64,000 nt of DNA from contig JBEKKK010000001.1 in assembly GCA_050010755.1 (NCBI GenBank), forward strand, positions 224,001 through 288,000, in the 5' to 3' direction. How positions within the stretch are numbered: the stretch's first letter is position 1; every line of letters begins with the position of its first letter. The notes beneath the pieces are model-generated. The model saw only the letters and a program-made list of their open reading frames with translations, had not been told where the DNA came from and did not search any database. This stretch comes from Candidatus Bathyarchaeia archaeon (GTDB lineage: Archaea > Thermoproteota > Bathyarchaeia > Bathyarchaeales > Bathycorpusculaceae). The translations under genes were made by a program, and so were the position numbers. Shown piece after piece: positions 57,120 to 64,000 of the stretch.

Positions 57120-58103
57120 TCATCTCTTGTTATACAACCAACAAGCAACTTTGTGGTTTTCCCCATTCACTTCCAGAAGACTGGGCCTTTCCTTTCTGCA
57201 TATCTCCATTGCATGCTGACAACGTGGATTGAACCTGCAACCGGGTGGAGGGTTAATGTAGTCTGGAATTCTTCCTGGAATACCTTCAGAAAATCCTTCC
57301 CCACTCAACTTGGGAACAGACTTAAGCAGTCCTTGCGTATAAGGATGCAGAGGGTTCGAGAACAATTTCTGTGTTTCTGAAGACTCAATCATGTTTCCCG
57401 CGTACATGACATACACTGTGTCTACTGTGTTTTTTACGGTTCCCAGTGCATGAGATATCAGGATGATTGACAGGTTTCTCTTGTCTACTAGGTCCTTCAT
57501 AAGACGCAAAACTTGGTCTTGAATTGTGACGTCAAGACTGGTGGTGGGCTCGTCAGCAATCAGAAGATCCTTCGCTGTGGCCAGCGACATTGCTATGCAA
57601 ACTCTTTGACGCATGCCACCGCTTAACTGAAAGGGGTAGCTGTCAAGCACTCTTTCAGGATCTGGAAGCGAAACTTCCTTGAGAGCTGCTATGGATTTTC
57701 CCCGAAGGATTTTTTTCGTGGCTTTTTCGTGGTCAAAGTCGCCTGAGTATTTTATTACATCTCCAAGCAGTTCTTCGATCTTGAATACCGGATTGAGGGC
57801 GGCAGTTGGATCCTGAAATATCATGGTAAGGTTTTTTCTTCTTATCTGGTTCAATTGCTTCTTGCGGATTTTCAGCATGTCCTGTCCTCGAAAACTTACT
57901 TCTCCACCCTCGATTACGGCGTTTGACGCTAGGATCCCAAGTATTGCCTTCATCGTACTGGTCTTACCGCAACCAGATTCGCCGATGATTCCGACTTTCT
58001 CGCTCTCACGCAGAGTGAAGTCTACCCCGTTTAAGACATTCAGCTTGCCCAAGTACGTTTTGAAGCCTACAAAAAGGTTTCTCACTTCCAAGAAAGGCTC
58101 CAT
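57120..58103 (-). CDS. oppD: oligopeptide ABC transporter ATPase
   Basis: GESGCGKT, LSGGMRQR, ADEPT, HPYT, PPGCRFNPRC. Confidence 0.9.
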   Translation of the reverse strand: MEPFLEVRNLFVGFKTYLGKLNVLNGVDFTLRESEKVGIIGESGCGKTSTMKAILGILASNAVIEGGEVSFRGQDMLKIRKKQLNQIRRKNLTMIFQDPTAALNPVFKIEELLGDVIKYSGDFDHEKATKKILRGKSIAALKEVSLPDPERVLDSYPFQLSGGMRQRVCIAMSLATAKDLLIADEPTTSLDVTIQDQVLRLMKDLVDKRNLSIILISHALGTVKNTVDTVYVMYAGNMIESSETQKLFSNPLHPYTQGLLKSVPKLSGEGFSEGIPGRIPDYINPPPGCRFNPRCQHAMEICRKERPSLLEVNGENHKVACWLYNKR

Positions 58104-58988
58104 TTATCTCGTCTCCTCAACGAAAATGTCTCGAATTCCATCTCCTAAGAGATTGAAGCCCAGAATCACAACGACGATTGCCATAGCCGGGAACATGCTT
58201 ATCCACCACTGGCCGGGCAGAAAAATAGAACCACCAGCGACCATTGTACCGAGATCCGGTGTTGGAGGCTGAGCACCTAATCCCACAAAGCTCAGTGCTG
58301 AGCCTAACAGTATCACCCAGCCCACATCTAACGTGATCTTTGTCAGAATTGAGCCTAGACAGTTTGGAAGGATTTCGCTGAACATTATTCGGAAGGAGTT
58401 TTCGCCCATTACTTCGGAGGCTTGAACAAAGTATTCATTTCTCACGCTTGATGTAGCGTTGTATGTTAGCCTCGTGTACCAAGGCCACCACATCAGCGAG
58501 ACTGCCATCATCGCGTTGAATGCGCTTGGAGTGAGCACGGACGCTATCGACAAAGCCAGTACGAGCGGGGGGACAGCTATGAACACGTCTGATATTCTCA
58601 TTACCGCCATATCGACCCATCCGCCTCTGTAATACCCAGCGATCAAACCCAGAACCACCCCAGGTGGAACTACGAGCAACAACACTACCCCCGCCATCAT
58701 AAGCGAGTATTGAAACCCAAAGATAGTTCTGGTAAACACGTCCCTTCCCAGCTGATCTGTTCCAAACAGGTTTTTCGAACTAGGAGGCAGGAACCTGTCC
58801 CGAAGGTTCGTTTGCAAGCCAGCCTGGCGCGGATAAGGAGTTATAAAAGGAGCTGCTAAGGCCAGAAAAATGACCACTGCAACTACAATGAGGCCCACTA
58901 CAGACAGAGGGCTTCTGGAGAATCTGAACCATTTTCTCTTAATATCGTACCTCTTGGCGATTGTCCTGATTTTTTCCATTACTTGCAC
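58104..58988 (-). CDS. oppC: oligopeptide ABC transporter permease
   Basis: FGTDQLGRD, LSFVGLG, NLLGDG. Confidence 0.9.
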   Translation of the reverse strand: MQVMEKIRTIAKRYDIKRKWFRFSRSPLSVVGLIVVAVVIFLALAAPFITPYPRQAGLQTNLRDRFLPPSSKNLFGTDQLGRDVFTRTIFGFQYSLMMAGVVLLLVVPPGVVLGLIAGYYRGGWVDMAVMRISDVFIAVPPLVLALSIASVLTPSAFNAMMAVSLMWWPWYTRLTYNATSSVRNEYFVQASEVMGENSFRIMFSEILPNCLGSILTKITLDVGWVILLGSALSFVGLGAQPPTPDLGTMVAGGSIFLPGQWWISMFPAMAIVVVILGFNLLGDGIRDIFVEETR

Positions 58989-60013
58989 TATTGACCTCTC
59001 TCCATGAGTCTTATTCTCGGATCAAGATATGCGACCATAACATCGACAATTATGTTTGCAAGTGCATACATAATCCCTATAATCAAAACTAGCGCGACTA
59101 TACCGTTCAGATCTTTGTTTATCATAAAATTGAGACCAAGGTTGGCAAAGCCTGGCCAGTTAAAAATATCTTCTACAAGAAAAGCGTTGGCCATCAACGC
59201 GGCTATGTCCAATCCCATAACTGTTACTGCAGGAATCATGGATGGTTTGAGCAGATATTTAAGTGTCACAGTTCTATCAGGCAAGCCTTGAGACTTTGCC
59301 ATCGATATGTAATCCTTATCTTTGTTTTCAACCATGCCGGATCTTATTATTCTTGCATCCTGACACATTGCTCCCGTACACAATGCCGCAGCTGGCAGAA
59401 CCATGTGCCACAAAGCGTTTCCGAACACGTTAAACTTGCCAGCTATGAGAGAGTCAATCGTGACGAATCCAGTCACCGTATGTGGACCTGCGATTCCTGA
59501 TGAAAGCTCTCCAGTAGTCGGAAAAATTTTGAAATAGTAAGAAAACACGAGTTGCAGGATTATGGCCAGGACGAAGGCTGGAATTGATATTCCAATATAG
59601 GAGACCAATCTGACGAGGTTGTCAGGTGCTTTATAGGAATATCTGCCCGCTATGATGCCAAGTATAAAGGCTCCGGCTATTTGAAACAGGGCTGCCAACA
59701 CTATCAGTTCGATGCTCGCAGGAAGATACTTTACGACAAGACTCGATATGTCAACTCTTGTTGTTGTTGAATAGCCCAAGTTGAGGTGAAAGACGTCGTT
59801 AAGCCACACGAAATACTGTATGTATAGGGGCTTGTCCAATCCCAGTTGCTTTCTGAGTTGCTCCACGGCCCATGCTGGTGCATTGTTTCCTGCTGCCAAT
59901 CGCGCCGGGTCACCGGGCAGCACTCTGGCCAGAACGAAAACAAGTATCGATAGCCCAAACAAAGAAAAGACTATGTAGAAAGTTCTCCTAAGTATGAATG
60001 TCGACATCCTCAT
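58988..60013 (-). CDS. oppB: oligopeptide ABC transporter permease
   Basis: PGDPA, LGLDKPL..QY, F.WPG, DPRI. Confidence 0.9.
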   Translation of the reverse strand: MRMSTFILRRTFYIVFSLFGLSILVFVLARVLPGDPARLAAGNNAPAWAVEQLRKQLGLDKPLYIQYFVWLNDVFHLNLGYSTTTRVDISSLVVKYLPASIELIVLAALFQIAGAFILGIIAGRYSYKAPDNLVRLVSYIGISIPAFVLAIILQLVFSYYFKIFPTTGELSSGIAGPHTVTGFVTIDSLIAGKFNVFGNALWHMVLPAAALCTGAMCQDARIIRSGMVENKDKDYISMAKSQGLPDRTVTLKYLLKPSMIPAVTVMGLDIAALMANAFLVEDIFNWPGFANLGLNFMINKDLNGIVALVLIIGIMYALANIIVDVMVAYLDPRIRLMERGQ

Positions 60014-60274
60014 TGCGCATCGACACCTTTAATATCTATAAATGCTAGAGCGACTCTAAAAAGTCTTTTCGTATCAGACGAAACTTTGGCTCAAGTGAAT
60101 TGTCGAGGAGAACCTTCCATTATTGCATAGGTTGCAAAATGGTTGCTTGTTACTACGTGTCAAACATTCCTTTTCATCTCGACACGGCGCACAGTGCACT
60201 ATGAGATGAACATAAACCTTTAATAGTACATAGGAAAAACAGTACAAAAGAAAATAAAATCTGGAGGAAGAACT

Positions 60275-62005
60275 TTGAAACGTTTTCTAAATAGTTCTGC
60301 AATTTCAAAGATGTACGCTGCAGTCATAGCCATTATCATAATCGTAGCCGCAATTATTGGTGCTGTCTACTACGTGACCCTTCCGGGCCCGAGCCCATCT
60401 CCTTCCGCATCTCCTACAGCATCGCCTTCAGCATCTCCTTCCCCGTCGTCTTCTGCCAACATCACTGCTACGAGACTTGTTAGAAGAGGAGAATCATTTC
60501 CCTGCACCATTGATCCCGCTGTTGGATCAGACTTCTGTAGCCAAGACGGACAAACCAATCTTTACGATCCTCTTGTCTGGCCACAGCCTGGAGGAGGCGT
60601 AATTCCGTGGATTGCCACAAACTGGACAATCAGCAGTGACAGTTTGAACTACACATTCACGATCAGGCAGGGTGTGAAGTTCCATGACGGCGGAAGTTTG
60701 ACGGCGAATGATGTTGCCTTTACGATGCAAAGACTGCTAACGATAGGTCAAGGGTATTCGTGGATTTACTCGAATTATATAAACCCCACCACAGGCATCA
60801 TCGTGCTCGATGACTACACGATAATGTTCCACATCAACGCCCCAGAAGGAGCTTTTCTTGATTCGCTCGTCAGGTTGTACATAGTTGAAAAGTCATTGGT
60901 GATGGCCAACCTAGCCTCTTCTGGACCGTATGGCAATTTCGCAGACTACGGCACAACATGGTTAGCAACACACGATGCAGGCTCTGGTCCTTACTACCTC
61001 ACGGCAATAAGCGTGGACTCCTATGTCTACATGAAGCAGTTCTCTGGTTACTGGAACCCGACAAGCTTTGACCCACTTGCTCCAACCGAGGTAGATTTAG
61101 TGGCCACAGCCGCCAGCTCGGCAACGGAAAAGACTTTGATGCTGAACAAGCAGTTGGAAGTTTCCGACGAGTGGCAAGGTGACTCGTTCCTTGACCCACT
61201 AAACGCAACGAGCTACATCACTATAGAGTCTCACTCAGATGCGGGGGAATACTACTACATGATGAACACTCAGAAAGCACCAACAGACGATGTGTATGTT
61301 AGGCAAGCCCTCGCGTACGCCTTCGACTATCCGACGACGTCGACCCAGATATACTCAAGGTTCGAATCGTCAATATCATGCATACCCGCGGTCCTACCTG
61401 GAGCCATAAACTGCACGCCATATTACTTCAATCTCACCATGGCTGCCGCCCTGCTCAAGCAATCTAAGTATTACCCAAACATACCAGCGATTACATTCCA
61501 AGTGATGAATGAGGTCCCAGAGAGAATGAGTGACGCTTTGCACTTCGCCGAAACGTGTGGAGAGATCAATTTGACCGTAACAGTGACCAGCGTTCCATGG
61601 GGCACCATGGCTTCGGAGATGGCTAACAATGCCACAAGTCCAAACATTGTGCCAATAGTCGTAGACCCTCTATTCCTTGACGCAGGTTCAATGCTCGCCG
61701 AGAGATTTTCGATAGCATCTGAAGGCTCGTTCGACAATGGTGTTTGGCTACACAATGCTACGCTCGATGCGGAGATAAATGCCGCTGAAAGCACTATGGA
61801 CACGACTTCTAGAATGTCACAGTATGCACACATTCAACAAGAAATAATGAGCATATGCCCTGACATCTATGTCTATGACTTCAAAGTTGTAGAGACAGTC
61901 CAAAACTACGTTTACATACCACAAATGCACAACGCATCAACAGTCATCGGCATCCAAGGTTACAACTGCGTTTTCAGAACTTGGCAAGTCAGCCCATCAT
62001 CCTGA
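60275..62005 (+). CDS. oppA: oligopeptide ABC transporter substrate-binding protein (family 5), membrane-anchored
   Basis: N-terminal TM, Pro/Ser linker, IDPA, YDPL, VKFHDG..TA.DV.F, GSGPY, VRQALAYA.D. Confidence 0.9.
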   Translation: MKRFLNSSAISKMYAAVIAIIIIVAAIIGAVYYVTLPGPSPSPSASPTASPSASPSPSSSANITATRLVRRGESFPCTIDPAVGSDFCSQDGQTNLYDPLVWPQPGGGVIPWIATNWTISSDSLNYTFTIRQGVKFHDGGSLTANDVAFTMQRLLTIGQGYSWIYSNYINPTTGIIVLDDYTIMFHINAPEGAFLDSLVRLYIVEKSLVMANLASSGPYGNFADYGTTWLATHDAGSGPYYLTAISVDSYVYMKQFSGYWNPTSFDPLAPTEVDLVATAASSATEKTLMLNKQLEVSDEWQGDSFLDPLNATSYITIESHSDAGEYYYMMNTQKAPTDDVYVRQALAYAFDYPTTSTQIYSRFESSISCIPAVLPGAINCTPYYFNLTMAAALLKQSKYYPNIPAITFQVMNEVPERMSDALHFAETCGEINLTVTVTSVPWGTMASEMANNATSPNIVPIVVDPLFLDAGSMLAERFSIASEGSFDNGVWLHNATLDAEINAAESTMDTTSRMSQYAHIQQEIMSICPDIYVYDFKVVETVQNYVYIPQMHNASTVIGIQGYNCVFRTWQVSPSS

Positions 62006-62018
62006 CAAAAACGAAACA

Positions 62019-62038
62019 CTTCCCCCCTTCTTTTTTTG
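62019..62038 (+). terminator. C/T-rich terminator after oppA
   Basis: TTCCCCCCTTCTTTTTTT shortly after the stop codon. Confidence 0.55.
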
Positions 62039-62191
62039 CAAGATGCATATTCCCCACTTGAAAGTTAACAACGGCAGCTTTCAGGTTCGCAACCGCATGG
62101 AAGTTCAAAACACTTTTATTTCGAACAAACCTGTTTAAGATTTGAGGGAGAAATCATAGGTTTTTCTTTCCCCAGAAGCGACGTTGGTGTC

Positions 62192-63457
62192 GTGCTTTAC
62201 GTTCTGCTTGGTTCACTAGTCGCAAGAATCCTCCTGTTTCCTGTACAGGGGTGTTCAGGCGACTTAGCAGCATTCGCATTGTGGTTTAACGCCGCTGCAG
62301 CTCATGGACCAGTCGTCTTTTATCACGTTGTGAACTGTGATTATCCCCCGCTCAACGTCTACATTTTTTGGGTCTTCGGATCTCTTGCAAAACTGCTTTC
62401 GGTTTCTGTCTCGCAGCCCCTAGGAGCGCATGCGCTCTACTTGTTGAAGCTGCCTTCAACCCTTTTTGACACGGCGACAGCAGGTCTGATATTCGTTTTT
62501 CTCAGAAAAAGACTCAGTCTTAATCTCTCCCTCTTGGCAACTTCTTTCTACGCGTTTAATCCTGCAACAATTTTCAACGGGTCCATCTGGGGGCAGTTTG
62601 ACGCGATATACACTTTTTTTCTTGTGGCCTCACTGATACTAATTATCAACTCAAAACCAACGTTGTCAGTAGCAGCCTTCACAGTCGCAGTCCTGGCCAA
62701 GCCGCAAAGCATCGCCTTGGCACCCCTGATAGTCTTTATGCTAATAAAAGAGAAAAGCTGGCAGACTGTGGTGACTTCTGTTGCTACGTCAATAGCTCTG
62801 ATTTTCGTGGTCTCGGTTCCTGTGAGCCTTAACAACCTAGCGAATTTCCTAGTGAACATTTATCTCAAGGGATACACGAGTTACAGCGTTACTTCTGCCA
62901 ACGCTTTCAACCTCTGGGCAGTAGTTGGCCTTTGGAAACCAGACTCCCAAGCGTTTCTGTCGTTGAATTTTTTCGATATCGGCTGGATCATGTTCGGTGC
63001 GCTGACGGCTCTCTCACTGTTTTGCTTGTATAAGGCATCCCACCGCTCGGACAGGAATAGTCACACTTTTGAAGTCTCAGTGCTTTTCACTGCTTTTGTA
63101 CTCTTGTTCGGTTTCTTCATGCTTCCAACCAGGATTCATGAAAGATATTTATTCCCAGTCTTCAGCGTCTTAGCAATGATGCTCCCCCTCGCAAAAGAAG
63201 CGAAACCACTCTACGGGATTCTGACCTTCACCTATCTTGCCAATTTGGCATATGTTCTTCCCTTCCTCAACGCCGGCGAAAGCAACATACCCAACGGGAA
63301 TCCTTTCATCTATGCCGTAACCACGATTAATCTGGCCGCTTTTGCATACGCGCTGGCGGTAATCATCAGGAAGCCAAAATTGACGAGTTCGATCTCCAGC
63401 CAAGTATTCGAGAACTCCAGACAATCAGTTAAAGGAGACTGTGAACCTCGATGCTGA
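62192..63457 (+). CDS. GT-C fold membrane glycosyltransferase (mannosyltransferase-like)
   Basis: D...F..W, DYPP, KLP..FD, FNPA, WGQFD, KPQ, NA.NLW, HERY. Confidence 0.8.
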   Translation: MLYVLLGSLVARILLFPVQGCSGDLAAFALWFNAAAAHGPVVFYHVVNCDYPPLNVYIFWVFGSLAKLLSVSVSQPLGAHALYLLKLPSTLFDTATAGLIFVFLRKRLSLNLSLLATSFYAFNPATIFNGSIWGQFDAIYTFFLVASLILIINSKPTLSVAAFTVAVLAKPQSIALAPLIVFMLIKEKSWQTVVTSVATSIALIFVVSVPVSLNNLANFLVNIYLKGYTSYSVTSANAFNLWAVVGLWKPDSQAFLSLNFFDIGWIMFGALTALSLFCLYKASHRSDRNSHTFEVSVLFTAFVLLFGFFMLPTRIHERYLFPVFSVLAMMLPLAKEAKPLYGILTFTYLANLAYVLPFLNAGESNIPNGNPFIYAVTTINLAAFAYALAVIIRKPKLTSSISSQVFENSRQSVKGDCEPRC

Positions 63458-64000
63458 TTACCAAGCGCGACACAGTCACGATTGTCATACTGACTCTTGT
63501 CTTTCTTGCGATAGGGACGTGGGCATTAGGCATGTACAGTGTCCCCACCACCACTTGGCAATCTTACGGCATAGAAACCTTCTATGTTGATTTGGGAAGC
63601 GTGAGGAATGTAAGTTCTGCATACGTCTTAGTAGCGCAGGGAAGCGTGAGCTTTTCGGTCTACACTGGCCAGCCTGGAAACTGGACACTCGTTACGCAGA
63701 CTTCGATGGAAAACTACTACTATCAGTGGGGTCAAGTTCGCATAGATGAGGAAACCCGTTTCATACGGTTCGCTTTCGCGCCTTCGGACGGCGAGGTTGC
63801 AGAATTATCAGCCCTTGATGGAAATAACAACCAAAAAATCGTTATCAAAGCAATACAGGGTGAGAACACTGACGACAAAGGATTGGCAAATCTCACAGAT
63901 GAGCAGAACAAGGTCGAATGCCCCCCGACGTACATGTCTGAAACCTACTTCGACGAGATATATTACGTTCCAACCGCTAAGGACTACCTAAACCTCAAAG
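63451..64000 (+). CDS. GT39/PMT-like protein mannosyltransferase, 3'-truncated by the window edge
   Basis: ATG at 63451, frame open to the end; TM, extracellular domain, then DEQ...TYFDEIYYVPTAKDYL (PMT loop DE motif). Confidence 0.75.
   Translation, partial: MLITKRDTVTIVILTLVFLAIGTWALGMYSVPTTTWQSYGIETFYVDLGSVRNVSSAYVLVAQGSVSFSVYTGQPGNWTLVTQTSMENYYYQWGQVRIDEETRFIRFAFAPSDGEVAELSALDGNNNQKIVIKAIQGENTDDKGLANLTDEQNKVECPPTYMSETYFDEIYYVPTAKDYLNLK

Overview
Archaeal chromosomal segment. The taxon is most likely TACK/Bathyarchaeia, inferred from S25e, S17e, an archaeal histone, TFE-beta, NosD-CARDB-dockerin surface proteins and frequent GTG/TTG/CTG starts. No rRNA, tRNA, CRISPR array, integrase or transposase was recognised. 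1-38 kb is mostly housekeeping (KEOPS, rdgB, uS15, RecJ-like, rlmE, nadC, psmB, nadM, cofE, glycerate kinase/gyaR, histone, S17e/S25e). It is interrupted by accessory islands at about 3.4-5.3, 7.9-13.0 and 16.5-18.6 kb holding surface proteins, an AbiE-like toxin-antitoxin pair and gene fragments. 36.6-39.2 kb is a trpY / trpB2 / SerK-like module with 10-bp phased TRP-box-like sites. 39.4-45.8 kb is hdrA-hdrC-hdrB-acyl-CoA dehydrogenase convergent with etfBA. 46-62 kb is a peptide or cyclic-amide catabolic island (M24, three M29-fold proteins, two hydantoin-type racemases, Opp ABC transporter), and two GT-C glycosyltransferases end the window. The most unusual signals are (1) an intergenic TAGCGCGCGC motif that brackets accessory genes in inverted orientation like cassette ends, and (2) a predicted serine kinase coupled to the phosphoserine-dependent TrpB2. 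All assignments come from reading motifs by eye; no searches were run.
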